From NCBI GenBank assembly GCA_963666515.2, contig OY762897.2, positions 3,296,001-3,360,000 on the forward strand: 64,000 bases of DNA, read 5' to 3'. This document shows positions 1 to 15,095 of this stretch, one piece after another. The stretch is from Candidatus Binatia bacterium (GTDB lineage: Bacteria > Desulfobacterota > Binatia > UBA9968 > JAJDTQ01). The position numbers and the translations under genes are program-made. Below the pieces are notes generated by a model. That model saw only the letters and a list, made by a program, of their open reading frames with translations, was not told where the DNA came from and ran no database searches. Within the stretch, counting starts at the first letter, position 1. Each line of letters starts with the position of its first letter.

Positions 1-635
1 CGGGCCGCATCCGCGCCAATCTCCGGGAGGCGTCGAAGTTCTTGCGGGAGGCCGGCTGGGGCATCGACAAGACCACCCGCAAGCTCACCCACAAGGCCGG
101 CGGCCGGACCATGGAGTTCGAGATCCTGCTGGTGAGCCCGCTGTTCGAGAGAATCGTCCTGCCCTTCAAGAAGAACCTGGCCCGGCTCGGCATCGCCGCG
201 GCCGTGCGCACGGTGGACAGCGCCCAGTACCGGCGCCGGCTGGACGACTTCGACTTCGACGTGGTGATCGGGAGCTGGGGCCAGTCGCTGTCGCCGGGGA
301 ACGAGCAGCGCGACTTCTGGGGCTCGGACTTCGCCGGCCGGCCCGGCAGCCGCAACCTCATGGGCATCGAGGACCCGGTGGTGGACGCCCTCATCGAGGG
401 CGTGGTCAAGGCGCCGGACCGCAAGAGCCTGGTGACCCACGTGCGCGCGCTGGACCGGGTGCTCCAGTGGGGCCACTGGGTGATCCCCCAGTGGCACATC
501 CCCTACGATCGCCTGGTCTACTGGGACCGGTTCGGCCGCCCCGAGGTCACCCCCACCCAAGGGGTGCAGTTCGACACTTGGTGGATCGACACCGGGAAGG
601 CCGAAGCGCTGGAGGCAAAGCGCAAGGGCGGTTAG
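1..635 (+). CDS. yejA: Peptide ABC transporter substrate-binding protein, YejA-like (C-terminal part; starts upstream of window)
   Basis: [29 protein letters not shown] and DTWWID motifs typical of YejA; directly upstream of yejB/yejE/yejF. Confidence 0.85.
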   Translation, partial: GRIRANLREASKFLREAGWGIDKTTRKLTHKAGGRTMEFEILLVSPLFERIVLPFKKNLARLGIAAAVRTVDSAQYRRRLDDFDFDVVIGSWGQSLSPGNEQRDFWGSDFAGRPGSRNLMGIEDPVVDALIEGVVKAPDRKSLVTHVRALDRVLQWGHWVIPQWHIPYDRLVYWDRFGRPEVTPTQGVQFDTWWIDTGKAEALEAKRKGG

Positions 636-657
636 CGGCCGACCGGCCCCTCCCCTC

Positions 658-1773
658 ATGTTCGCGTACATCATACGCCGGCTGCTGCTGATCGTGCCGA
701 CGCTGATCGGGATCATGGTGCTGAACTTCGTGATCATCCACTCGGCGCCGGGGGGGCCGGTAGAGCAGCTCCTGGCGAAGCTCCAGCAGACCGACGTGTC
801 CGCCACCGAACGGTTCAGCGGCGGCGGCGACCAGCGGGAGGTGGAGTCCTCGGCCCAGCAGTCGCGGGACGCGGGGAGCGGCACGGCCGGCAGGTATCGC
901 GGCGCCCGGGGCATCGATCCGGAGTTCATCAAGGAAATCGAGCGGCAGTTCGGCTTCGACAAGCCGGCCCACGAGCGTTTCCTGCTCATGATGGGCAACT
1001 TCCTGCGCTTCGACTTCGGCGACAGCTTCTTCCGCGACCGCTCGGTGGTGCAGCTCGTGGTGGACAAGTTGCCGGTATCCATCTCGCTGGGACTCTGGAC
1101 CACACTGCTGGTCTACCTGGTCTCCATTCCCCTGGGGGTGGCCAAGGCGGTGCGCGACGGCTCGCGCTTCGACGTCTGGAGTTCCGGCGCGGTGATCATG
1201 GGCAACGCGGTGCCGGGGTTCCTGTTCGCCATCCTGCTGATCGTGCTGTTCGCCGGCGGCCGCTACCTCGACTGGTTCCCGCTGCGCGGCCTGGTGTCGG
1301 ACAACTGGAGCGACCTGGGCTTCTGGCAGCGCATCACCGACTACCTCTGGCACATCACCTTGCCGGTGGTGTCCATGGTCATCGGCGGCTTCGCCGGCCT
1401 CACCATGCTCACCAAGAACTCGTTCCTGGACCAGATCAACCAGCAGTACGTGATGACCGCCCGGGCCAAGGGGCTGAGCGAGCGCCGGGTGCTGTACCGC
1501 CACGTGTTCCGGAACGCCATGCTCATCGTCATCGCCGGCTTTCCCGGCGCCTTCGTCGGGGTGCTGTTCACCGGTGCGCTCCTGACCGAAGTGATCTTCT
1601 CGCTGGACGGGGTCGGCCTGCTGGGTTTCGAGGCGGCCATCAACCGGGACTACCCGGTGATGTTCGGCACGCTCTACTTCTTCACCCTGCTGGGGCTCGT
1701 GATGAAGCTGGTGGAGGACCTCACCTACGTGGTGGTGGATCCGCGCATCGACTTCGAGAGCCGGGAGACCTGA
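658..1773 (+). CDS. yejB: Peptide ABC transporter permease YejB
   Basis: [16 protein letters not shown] start, [28 protein letters not shown]-like loop, DPRIDFESR end. Confidence 0.9.
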   Translation: MFAYIIRRLLLIVPTLIGIMVLNFVIIHSAPGGPVEQLLAKLQQTDVSATERFSGGGDQREVESSAQQSRDAGSGTAGRYRGARGIDPEFIKEIERQFGFDKPAHERFLLMMGNFLRFDFGDSFFRDRSVVQLVVDKLPVSISLGLWTTLLVYLVSIPLGVAKAVRDGSRFDVWSSGAVIMGNAVPGFLFAILLIVLFAGGRYLDWFPLRGLVSDNWSDLGFWQRITDYLWHITLPVVSMVIGGFAGLTMLTKNSFLDQINQQYVMTARAKGLSERRVLYRHVFRNAMLIVIAGFPGAFVGVLFTGALLTEVIFSLDGVGLLGFEAAINRDYPVMFGTLYFFTLLGLVMKLVEDLTYVVVDPRIDFESRET

Positions 1774-1822
1774 CCGCGCGCCCGGACCCGCCCGCCGGAA
1801 ACCAACGCACTCTGCTGCCCGC

Positions 1823-4612
<2,790 letters not shown>

Positions 4613-5383
4613 CGACGCCCTCGGGAAGGTCCTGGACGAAGTGGGACTCCGGCAGGGTGACGTTCAGTTCGGGTTTGTCGTAGCGGATCTGGTAGGAGCG
4701 CCGAAGCGGCGGGGTCTCCAGCGTTATCTTCAGCGGGAAACGCCCGAACGGCGTGTCGGAGAGGTCCTCGAAGGTCGCGACGTACCAGGGCTTTCCGGAC
4801 GGCCCGATGCGTTGCCAGCGGACGGGCGCGGTGACCTCCGCATCGAAGGTGAGGACGTCGGTGCTACCGTCCGCGCGGACGCGCCGCAACGCGAGCGCTC
4901 CGGCGTCCCAGGACGCTTTCGCATCGACCGGCGGAAGGCCCATCATCAACGCCACCATTTCGTCCAGCTCCAGGAGCATCTGGGTGGCGCGGTACAGGTT
5001 CTGCCGGGAAGCTTTGCCGCGGTAGAACCGCGCCTTGGAGGGCAGGAAACCGGTGACCTCGCCGTCGTCCACCGTGAGGATCAGCGCCGCGCCCACGACG
5101 GAAAACGCCTCGAACCTCAGCCGGCCGGGCCTGCGGACCAGCACCGCGGCATTGAACGCGCCTCTCCCGGCGCCGGTCCGGTAGCTGATCCGCGCCAGGC
5201 TCCGCAGCGACCGGAGCGCCTTGTCCCGTTCGCCCAGGAGCGCGGCAAGGCGGGGGTTGGGACCTTGGGGCTGGGGCACGGGCTTCGGCTCGGGAGCGCT
5301 CTCCTGGACCGAGCAACCCGCCAGCAGGCCGGCGACGCACAGCCCCGCCGCCATCGTGCGGATTCGTTTCCACTGCGACCGCT

Positions 5384-7105
5384 TCAAACCCCTCGCTCCA
5401 ACTCCGCGATCTTCGACCGGATCCGCTGCACCTGCTCGTCCTCGGTGGCCGACTTCAGCGCGTCGCGATAGCTCCGCAACGCCTTGCCGGGCTTGCCGAC
5501 CTTGAGATAGGCGTCGCCGAGGTGCTCGATGATGACGGGGTCGTCCACCACCAGGTGCACGGCCTTCTCCAACTGCTCGATGGCGCGCCGGTAGTCGCCC
5601 TTCTGGTAGTAAACCCAGCCGAGGCTGTCGATGTAGAAACCATCGTTGGGCGCGATCTCCAGCGCGCGGATGATGAGCCGTTCCGCCCGGTCCAGCTCCA
5701 CGCCCATGTCGGCGTAGGTGTATCCCAGGTAGTTCAGCGCCGCAGCGTAGTCCGGGTTCAGCTCGATGGCCTTCTGCATGTACTCGATGGTCTTGTCCTT
5801 GTTCTTGCTCTCGTCGTAGAGCGCTCCCAACGCGAAGTGCACGCGGTCGCTTCCCGGATCCAGCTCGACCACCGTGTGCATGGCCTCGATGGCATTGGGG
5901 TAGTCCTTGGCCTGACGGTATATCTCGGCCAGAAAACGGAACAGCTCCTTGCGCCGCCGGTCGTCCTTTTCGATGGCGGCGCGGATGGCGGCCACCGCCT
6001 CGGAATACTTCTCCTGTTTCTCGTAGAGCGAAGCGAGCTGCACCCGGGAATCGACGAAATACTCGCTGTCTGCGGCGACGTGCCGGAACTGGCGCGCCGC
6101 CCCCCCGGAATCCTCCAGCCGGCTGTAGGTCAGGCCCAGGAAGAACCGTACACGGTCGTCGTCAGGCCGCTCCGCGAGGGCCAGATTGAACTCCGTGACC
6201 GCGGCCTCCAGGTTGCCGAGCTCGTAGTGGACCAGCGCCACCTTCATCCGGGCCACGCCGGGCGCGGCCTCCCGGGAGCGCAGGCGGTCGAACTCGGCGC
6301 GCGCGCCCGCCAGGTCCCGGTCGCCCGAGCGAAGGGCCTCGACGCGGCTGCCGGCCCAGCCGTTGCGCGGATCGGCCTTGAGGAGCTTCTCGTAGGTCTC
6401 CAGCGCGGCGCCGGGGCGGCCGCGGAACTCGCGGACCAGTCCCAGTTCCGTGAGCAACGGCACCGACGACGGGTGCAGCTTGAGGGCCGTCTCGTAGCTC
6501 TTTTCCGCGTCCGCCAGCTCCCCGGACTCCGCCAGGGTCCGTCCAAGGTAGTAGTGGCCCAACGGCGATACGGGATTGCGTTTCGCGTACCGCTCCAGGT
6601 GCTCCCGCGCGGGTTCGTATTGCGCCCGGTCGAAATGGATGGCGCCAAGGTAGAGGAGTGTCCGGGCGTCGTCCGGGTCGGTTTCCAGCAGCTCCCGGTA
6701 CACCCGGATTGCCTCCGATACCTTTCCCGAGGCGCTGTAGAGCCCGGCCAGCAACCGGCGGCTTTCCCGGTCCTCGCCATCGAGCCGCACCGCGGCCTCC
6801 GCCTCGCCCAGGGCGTTGTCGATCTCGCCGAGGCCGAGATGGGACCTGGCCAGACGCGCGCGCAGGAAAGCGCTGGAGGGATCGTGACGGGCCGCCGCCT
6901 CGTAGTGCTCGTGGGCCGCGTGGGAATCGCCGGCAAGCAGGTCCATCCGAGCCCTCAGGTATCGGTACATGGCCTGGGCTTCCGGCGGGACCGTTACCGC
7001 CTCCGCGTTTGCAAGGGGACCGGGCGATGGCTCGGAAACCGGCTCGGCGGGACCGCAACCCGCGAGCAGCAGTGCGAAAACGATTCCCCAGCCAAGGTTG
7101 CGCAT
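5384..7105 (-). CDS. TPR-repeat lipoprotein
   Basis: Lipobox LAGC, many TPR repeats, C-terminal ALNYLGYTYA...YIDSLGWVYY...EHLGD motif. Confidence 0.85.
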   Translation of the reverse strand: MRNLGWGIVFALLLAGCGPAEPVSEPSPGPLANAEAVTVPPEAQAMYRYLRARMDLLAGDSHAAHEHYEAAARHDPSSAFLRARLARSHLGLGEIDNALGEAEAAVRLDGEDRESRRLLAGLYSASGKVSEAIRVYRELLETDPDDARTLLYLGAIHFDRAQYEPAREHLERYAKRNPVSPLGHYYLGRTLAESGELADAEKSYETALKLHPSSVPLLTELGLVREFRGRPGAALETYEKLLKADPRNGWAGSRVEALRSGDRDLAGARAEFDRLRSREAAPGVARMKVALVHYELGNLEAAVTEFNLALAERPDDDRVRFFLGLTYSRLEDSGGAARQFRHVAADSEYFVDSRVQLASLYEKQEKYSEAVAAIRAAIEKDDRRRKELFRFLAEIYRQAKDYPNAIEAMHTVVELDPGSDRVHFALGALYDESKNKDKTIEYMQKAIELNPDYAAALNYLGYTYADMGVELDRAERLIIRALEIAPNDGFYIDSLGWVYYQKGDYRRAIEQLEKAVHLVVDDPVIIEHLGDAYLKVGKPGKALRSYRDALKSATEDEQVQRIRSKIAELERGV

Positions 7106-7268
7106 GATATTTTCCGGAACGGAAAATGCACAAGATAGCTATCACAGGCGCCGGGACCGGTCAACGACGGACGCGATCCGGCATCGTCACCGGCAGAGGG
7201 AGGTCGCAGGGCAACTGCTTGAATTCCCTGGATGATATTCTATCTTCCTATCAAGGCTACGGAATTGA

Positions 7269-9299
<2,031 letters not shown>

Positions 9300-9308
9300 C
9301 GGGCGGGG

Positions 9309-9384
9309 GGACGGCGGCGGGACAAGCCCCCGGATGACGAAGGGCGGACCCAACGTCATCCGGGGGCTTGTCCCGCCGCCGTCC
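9309..9384. repeat. Perfect 31-bp inverted repeat with 14-nt loop (REP-like palindrome) between ligA and rsmI
   Basis: ggacggcggcgggacaagcccccggatgacg at 9309-9339 and its exact reverse complement at 9354-9384. Confidence 0.85.
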
Positions 9385-9429
9385 GTAGAGGATGAAAACC
9401 GGCCTGCATGACCGGGCATTGGCTGGAAC

Positions 9430-10251
9430 ATGCTGTACGTGGTGGCAACGCCAATCGGGAACCTGGAGGACGTCACGTTGCGGGCGTTGCGCGTGCTGCG
9501 GGAGGTGGACCTCATCGCTGCGGAGGACACCCGCCACACCCGGAAGCTGCTGGAACGGTACGACATCGACACGCCGCTGACGAGCTACCACGACCGCAAC
9601 GAACGGACCAAGGCCGCCGCGTTGGTGCGGCGGCTGGAGGTGGGCGAGAGCATCGCGCTGGTGTCGGACGCGGGCACGCCGACGATTTCGGACCCGGGCT
9701 ACCACCTGATCCGGGCAGCGGTGGAGAGGGGTATGCCGGTGACCCCGGTGCCGGGGGTGTCCGCGGCCACCGCGGCGTTGAGCGTGTGCGGGTTGGCCAC
9801 GGACCGGTTCGTGTTCCAGGGGTTCCTGCCGGCGCGGCAGAGCCGGCGGAGGGAAGCGTTGCGGCAACTCCAGGGCGAGGAGCGCACCCTGGTGTTCTAC
9901 GAGGCGCCGCACCGGATCCGGCAGGCGCTGGCGGATATGCACGAGGTGCTGGGGGACCGGGCCGCGCTGGTGGGGCGCGAACTGACCAAGGTGCATGAAG
10001 AGTTGCTGCGCGGGACGCTGTCTCAACTGGCTGCGGGACCGGAAGAGGCGGCGGCGCGCGGGGAGTTCGTCATCGTGGTGGCCGGCCGCGACGGGACGCC
10101 CGAGGTGGACGAGAAGACACTGCGGGCGGAGGTCGAAAGGCTGCTTGAAGCCGGACATACGGCCAACGAGACGGCCAAAGTCCTGGCGAAGACGTTCTCA
10201 CTGGCGAAACGCGATGTCTACAAGCTAGTGCTGAAGGTGGCCAAGAGGTGA
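9430..10251 (+). CDS. rsmI: 16S rRNA (cytidine1402-2'-O)-methyltransferase
   Basis: LYVVATPIGNLED, AEDTR, VSDAGTP, FYEAPHR, RELTKVHEE motifs. Confidence 0.96.
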   Translation: MLYVVATPIGNLEDVTLRALRVLREVDLIAAEDTRHTRKLLERYDIDTPLTSYHDRNERTKAAALVRRLEVGESIALVSDAGTPTISDPGYHLIRAAVERGMPVTPVPGVSAATAALSVCGLATDRFVFQGFLPARQSRRREALRQLQGEERTLVFYEAPHRIRQALADMHEVLGDRAALVGRELTKVHEELLRGTLSQLAAGPEEAAARGEFVIVVAGRDGTPEVDEKTLRAEVERLLEAGHTANETAKVLAKTFSLAKRDVYKLVLKVAKR

Positions 10252-10301
10252 TGACGGTGGAAGAGTGACGGCACCATCAGTTGAGCCGACTCATCGTCCC
10301 C

Positions 10302-10526
10302 TCACTCGCGGTTGCCTCGTATCTCGCCTCGTAGTTCTGAAAGCTCCCGCGCCAAAGCGTGAAACTCCTTCCGCAACCCCTCCAAACCAAGCTCCAACCG
10401 GTTGATCCGGTCGTCCAACCGGTCGATTCGGCCGTCCAGCCGGTTCTCCAGCCGAACCATCACGCGCCAGTTGAATGCCACAACGGCTATCCCAACGCTG
10501 ACTATCGCGATGATCTCACCCGTCAC
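10302..10526 (-). CDS. Small membrane-anchored coiled-coil protein
   Basis: N-terminal hydrophobic helix then heptads RLENRLDGRIDRLDDRINRLE; GAGGA RBS before GTG. Confidence 0.6.
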   Translation of the reverse strand: MTGEIIAIVSVGIAVVAFNWRVMVRLENRLDGRIDRLDDRINRLELGLEGLRKEFHALARELSELRGEIRGNRE

Positions 10527-10672
10527 GTCTCGTCCTCGCAGGCCCCGTGCGATTGTGTCTCATACATAATAGTTTCGGCCTTTGCCGTCAATTCTTTAAT
10601 CATTGTTCTTCTTCAAAATAAAATATGTCCTTTCTCGGACCGGCTCCCGGCGTCCGGGCCCTTGGCGCGGGT

Positions 10673-11488
10673 CTACCTGCCCCAGTCCCGGGAATACCGG
10701 AAGTCGCGGTCGATGGTGCGGTGGGAGACCTTGGCGATGACCGGGAGGCGGCGCTTGAACTGGGAGGTCTGGATGCGGCGGGCGATGTCGTCGACGAAGT
10801 CGGGGGTGAAACCCGCGTCGATGAGTTCCGGGCGGCCGTAGCGCTGGTCCACCATCAGGTAGAGCAGCTCGTCCACCTCGCGGTAGCTGAAGCCCAGTTC
10901 GGCCTCGTCGGTCTGGCCTTCCCACAAGTCGGCCGAAGGTTTCTTGTCGACGATCGCGCCGGGAACGCCGACGGCCCCGCTCAGAGCCCAGACCTGAGTC
11001 TTGTAGAGGTCCCCCAGGGGGTTGAGGGCGGAGGCCATGTCGCCGTGGAGGGTGCCGTAGCCCAGCAGCAGCTCGGTCTTGTTGCTGGTGCCCGCCACCA
11101 GGGCGTTCCAGCGCGCGGAGTGGTCGTAGAGGATGGTCATCCGTTCGCGAGCCATCTTGTTCCCCCGGCGCTTGGGGTCGGCGTCCGGGAACCTTTCGAA
11201 ATAGGCGTCGATCTGGGGGGTGATCTCGACGGTGGCGGAGCGGATGCCGCTCTTCTCCACCACCAACCGGGCGTGCTCCAGGCTCTCGGCGCTCGAGGTC
11301 CGGTAGGGCATCATGATGCCCAGCACCTGGTCCGGACCGAGGGCTTCCGCCGCCAGCATGGCGCTGAGGCTCGAATCCACTCCGCCGGACAGGCCAACCA
11401 CCACGCGTTCGAGGCCGACCTTGCGCACCTCGTTGCGGATGAACGCCACCAGGATGCGGCGCATCAGCGAGACGTTGGTGGGGATCAT
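10673..11488 (-). CDS. nadE: NAD+ synthetase (synthetase subunit)
   Basis: [44 protein letters not shown]; start placed at MIPTNV. Confidence 0.93.
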   Translation of the reverse strand: MIPTNVSLMRRILVAFIRNEVRKVGLERVVVGLSGGVDSSLSAMLAAEALGPDQVLGIMMPYRTSSAESLEHARLVVEKSGIRSATVEITPQIDAYFERFPDADPKRRGNKMARERMTILYDHSARWNALVAGTSNKTELLLGYGTLHGDMASALNPLGDLYKTQVWALSGAVGVPGAIVDKKPSADLWEGQTDEAELGFSYREVDELLYLMVDQRYGRPELIDAGFTPDFVDDIARRIQTSQFKRRLPVIAKVSHRTIDRDFRYSRDWGR

Positions 11489-11493
11489 CGGAA

Positions 11494-12339
11494 CTACTCG
11501 TTGCGGATCCGCTCCAGCTCGCGGATGGTGAGGTCCACGTCCTCGTCGCGCATGAGCGGGGCGCGCGTGCGCTTGCGCCGCACGACCTCGTGCGCCACGT
11601 CGCCGAAAACGAACTCCTCCTCGTAGTAGCCGGCCTTGCACACCGTGCGCCCAAAGGGGTCGAGGATGCCGGAACCGCCCCAGAAGCCCACGCCATCCTC
11701 GAAGCCGACCCGGTTGGCGTGGACCACGAAGACGCCGTAGGTCTCGGCATAGCTCCGGGTGATCAGCTCCCAGTAACGCGCGTTGTCGTCCTGGTCCGCG
11801 CCGTCGGTGACGCCCCGTAGCGGGCTGGAAGACGGACAGAGGATGGAAAGCGCCCCGTCGAGCGCCGCCAGGTAGACCGTGGAGGGGTGCCACATGTCCT
11901 CGCAGACCAGCAGCGCGAGGCGGCCGTGCCGGGTGTCGAACGCCCGCAGCCGGTCGCCCCGGGCGAAGTAGCGCTGCTCGTCGAACATGCCGTAGGTGGG
12001 CAGGTACGCCTTCCGGTGGACATGACGGACCTCGCCGTCCTCCAGGTACACCGCGGCGTTGAAGAACCGGTGGTCCCGGCTCTCCAGCACCAGTCCCGCC
12101 ACCAGCGACACCTCCCGGCTCAGTGCTTTGAGCCGCTCCATCTCCGGGCTCGACGGCCGCACCGCCACGTCCGGCACCATGTCGCGCAGGAAGTAACCCG
12201 TGAGGCTCAGCTCCGGGAAGACCACGAGGTCCGCGTCCCGGCCGGCCGCCTCCCGCACGCCGGCCTCGTAGAGGGCCATGTTCGCGGCGACGTCGCCCAG
12301 TTTCGGGTTGATCTGCGCCATGCCGACTCGGAACGACAT
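11494..12339 (-). CDS. Carbon-nitrogen hydrolase, likely glutaminase subunit of two-subunit NAD synthetase
   Basis: Nitrilase triad FPE / [18 protein letters not shown] / VCED; immediately upstream of nadE. Confidence 0.85.
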   Translation of the reverse strand: MSFRVGMAQINPKLGDVAANMALYEAGVREAAGRDADLVVFPELSLTGYFLRDMVPDVAVRPSSPEMERLKALSREVSLVAGLVLESRDHRFFNAAVYLEDGEVRHVHRKAYLPTYGMFDEQRYFARGDRLRAFDTRHGRLALLVCEDMWHPSTVYLAALDGALSILCPSSSPLRGVTDGADQDDNARYWELITRSYAETYGVFVVHANRVGFEDGVGFWGGSGILDPFGRTVCKAGYYEEEFVFGDVAHEVVRRKRTRAPLMRDEDVDLTIRELERIRNE

Positions 12340-12450
12340 GAAGGGGTGGCTACCACATTTCCGCGAGGGGAGAAAGCGGCGACCGACCGGCGCGGACCCG
12401 GTCTCAGGGACTCCTGGAATTCGGCAGGGCTATTGGCTACATCAAGGCTC

Positions 12451-13521
12451 ATGGACGGGTTCAAGGACGTGGTGGCCGGGAAGGTGGCAGAGGCATTCGG
12501 CGCGGACGCGCGGGTGACGGGACTGGACGCGCTGGCCGGGGACGCGTCGTCCCGGCGCTATTTCCGGGCCCGCATCGATGCGCCGGAAGCGCCGGTTTCG
12601 GCCATCGTGATGAGCTGGAGCGACTCGGGCCTGCCGGTCTCGTCGGAGGAGCTGGCGGTGTTCAAGAAGCCGCCGGAGGAGTTGCCGTTCCTGAGCGTGC
12701 ACCGGTTCCTCGAGAGCGTCGGGGTGCGGGTGCCGGCGGTGTACGGGCAATGGGCGGAGCAGGGGCTGTTGCTGCTGGAGGACCTGGGAGACGTGAGCCT
12801 TTGGGACCGGGTGCGGGCGGCGCCGGAAGCGGATGTGATCGGGTGGTACTGCAAGGCCATCGACGAGCTGCTGGTGCTGCAGGTGGCCGGCACCAGGACC
12901 CGGGACGACCGCTGCGTGGCTTTCAGCCAGGCATTCGACCGGCGGCTTTACCTATGGGAATTCGCCCACTTCGTCGAATACGGTCTGGAGGCGGGAGACA
13001 ACGGCAGCCTGCCGAGGACGGAAAGGCGGCTCCTGGACCAGGCCTTTGAAGGCATCGCCGGGCACCTTTCCAACCGGCCGCGTGTGCTCAATCACCGGGA
13101 CTACCATAGCTGGAACCTGATGGTGCACGGCGACGCGGTGGCGGTCATCGACTTTCAGGACGCGCTGCTGGCGCCGGCGCAATACGATCTGGCGTCGCTG
13201 CTGAACGACCGGGAGACCGACCAGGTGGTCACGCCCGCGGTGGAAATGCGGCTGGTGGACTACTATATCCTGCGCCTGGAGGAATGGGGAGAGCCCCGGC
13301 CGACCCGGGACGAGTTCTGGGAGACCTACCTGCTTTCGGCCCTCCAGCGGGACTTCAAGGTGGTCGGCCGGTTCCGGTACCTCGACGTGGTCAAGGGCAA
13401 ATCCGGCTACAAGCGGTACATCGCCCCGACATTGAAACGGATCGGGAGGAACCTCCGGCGGGTGCCAGGGCTGGAACGCCTGATCCCGGTCCTGGCGGCG
13501 CACTTCGCGGATATCTCGTGA
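12451..13521 (+). CDS. amgK: Anomeric MurNAc/GlcNAc kinase (APH-family phosphotransferase)
   Basis: LAGDASSRRYFR, LLEDLGD, HRDYHSWNLM, IDFQDA, YDLASLL; GTGA overlap with murU. Confidence 0.8.
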   Translation: MDGFKDVVAGKVAEAFGADARVTGLDALAGDASSRRYFRARIDAPEAPVSAIVMSWSDSGLPVSSEELAVFKKPPEELPFLSVHRFLESVGVRVPAVYGQWAEQGLLLLEDLGDVSLWDRVRAAPEADVIGWYCKAIDELLVLQVAGTRTRDDRCVAFSQAFDRRLYLWEFAHFVEYGLEAGDNGSLPRTERRLLDQAFEGIAGHLSNRPRVLNHRDYHSWNLMVHGDAVAVIDFQDALLAPAQYDLASLLNDRETDQVVTPAVEMRLVDYYILRLEEWGEPRPTRDEFWETYLLSALQRDFKVVGRFRYLDVVKGKSGYKRYIAPTLKRIGRNLRRVPGLERLIPVLAAHFADIS

Positions 13522-14255
13522 AGGCGATGCTCTTCGCCGCGGGTCTGGGAACCCGGCTGCGGCCCCTCACCGACACCTTGCCCAAGTGCCTCGTCCCGGT
13601 CAACGGCCGACCCATGATCGACTACCCGCTGATGCTGCTGCGCCACTACGGGATCCGCGAGATCGTGGTCAACGTCCACCATCACGCCGAAAAGGTGGAG
13701 GAACACCTGGGCGACGGCTCGCGTTTCGGCGTGGACATCGTCTATTCCCGGGAACCCGTGCTGCTGGATACCGGCGGCGGCCTGCTGGGGGCGAAGCAGT
13801 TTCTGGACCAGGACACCTTCGTGATCGTGAACAGCGACGTGCTGATCGATCTGCGGCTGGACGAGACCCTGCGGTTTCACCGCGAGCACGGGGCGGCGGC
13901 CACCCTGGTGCTGCGCAAGGACCCGCTGGCGGAGGCCTACGGGGCCATCTGGACCGATGCGGAGGGAAGGATACGGAAGCTGCTGCACCATGATGCGCCC
14001 GGAGGCGGCGCCGGCGCTCTGGAGCAGTACATGTTCACCGGAGTTCAAGTGGTGGAGCCCCGGATATTCCGGTACATGGAAGGCCCCGAACCCTTCAGCA
14101 TCACCCGCACCACCTACCCGCGAATGCTCGCCAGTTCCGAGCGCCTTTGCGGCTTTCCGTTCGACGGAGAGTGGCAAGACATGGGGACCCCGGAGCGGCT
14201 GGCGGCGACGGAAATGAAATTGCGAGACGGTGGCCTCAGGCCCCACTATCTCTAA
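13518..14255 (+). CDS. murU: MurNAc-alpha-1-phosphate uridylyltransferase (nucleotidyltransferase)
   Basis: KAMLFAAGLGTRLRPLTDTLPKCL, LDTGGG, WQDMGTPE; coupled to amgK. Confidence 0.8.
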   Translation: MKAMLFAAGLGTRLRPLTDTLPKCLVPVNGRPMIDYPLMLLRHYGIREIVVNVHHHAEKVEEHLGDGSRFGVDIVYSREPVLLDTGGGLLGAKQFLDQDTFVIVNSDVLIDLRLDETLRFHREHGAAATLVLRKDPLAEAYGAIWTDAEGRIRKLLHHDAPGGGAGALEQYMFTGVQVVEPRIFRYMEGPEPFSITRTTYPRMLASSERLCGFPFDGEWQDMGTPERLAATEMKLRDGGLRPHYL

Positions 14256-14938
14256 TCGTCCTTCCTATCCCGCCGGGAATCCAGATACTCGCTGAGGCGT
14301 TGGTCCTCCTCGGCGTCGTAGAGTTCGCGGTCGACGCGGTGCAGCAGGAGTTCACCCGACTGAATGATCCGGCGTTTCTCCACGACGCCCTTACGGGCCA
14401 ATGAAATGCTTCGCCGGAGGGCGCGGCGCACGACCCCTCTGCCGTCCCAGAACTCGTCCGGGATTTCCTGGTAGCCCTCTTTCGTCGCCTTGACCAGCAA
14501 CGTCAGGCCTCCCTTGAAGCTCTCCAGGCCGGCCTCGTCGTCGCCCTGCCGCATCTGCGTCAAACCCAGGACGATCCAGCCTATCTCGTCCTCGCGATTC
14601 AGGGCCAGTGCGCGTTTCAACACTTCGAAAGACGAGCCGTACCTGCCCGCATAGTAGTAGGCACGCCCTAGCTGCGTGAGGCTGTCCTTGTACTTGGGGT
14701 TCCTGCGGACCACGTACTCAAGGTGCACGATGGCCTTCTTGACGTTCCCGCCCCGCTGTGTCTTGCCCAACTCCAGCAACGCGTCGTTGTAGTTGCCGCC
14801 GACGCCGATGCCTGGAGGCCTCCAACAGCCCGAAAGGGACGTCACCAGAATACTCGAAAACACAACCGCACCGAGCAGTCCCCAAGTCATGTGCCCGAAT
14901 CGCACCATTTGCTCCCCCATGAACCCTTGCTTCACCAA
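14252..14938 (-). CDS. TPR lipoprotein (start uncertain)
   Basis: Hydrophobic signal with LSGC lipobox followed by TPR helices (LTQLGRAYYYAGRY...ALALN). Confidence 0.65.
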   Translation of the reverse strand: MVKQGFMGEQMVRFGHMTWGLLGAVVFSSILVTSLSGCWRPPGIGVGGNYNDALLELGKTQRGGNVKKAIVHLEYVVRRNPKYKDSLTQLGRAYYYAGRYGSSFEVLKRALALNREDEIGWIVLGLTQMRQGDDEAGLESFKGGLTLLVKATKEGYQEIPDEFWDGRGVVRRALRRSISLARKGVVEKRRIIQSGELLLHRVDRELYDAEEDQRLSEYLDSRRDRKDD

Positions 14939-15030
14939 CCGTAACCGACCAAGTATCGACCGTGCCGCCGTTGCGAGTATCTATTCCACTTATCGCTGTT
15001 CGTCAAGCGAATCTGGTCTCTCTTTCGTTC

Positions 15031-15072
15031 AAACAAAAAACAGGGCCGCCCCGTGGCGGAGCGGCCCTGTTT
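15031..15072 (-). terminator. Rho-independent terminator of left porin copy
   Basis: Minus strand AAACAGGGCCGC-TCCGCCACGGG-GCGGCCCTGTTTTTT: GC stem plus U-tract just after the stop. Confidence 0.85.
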
Positions 15073-15095
15073 GCTATTCGGTTCGGGATGAACCG

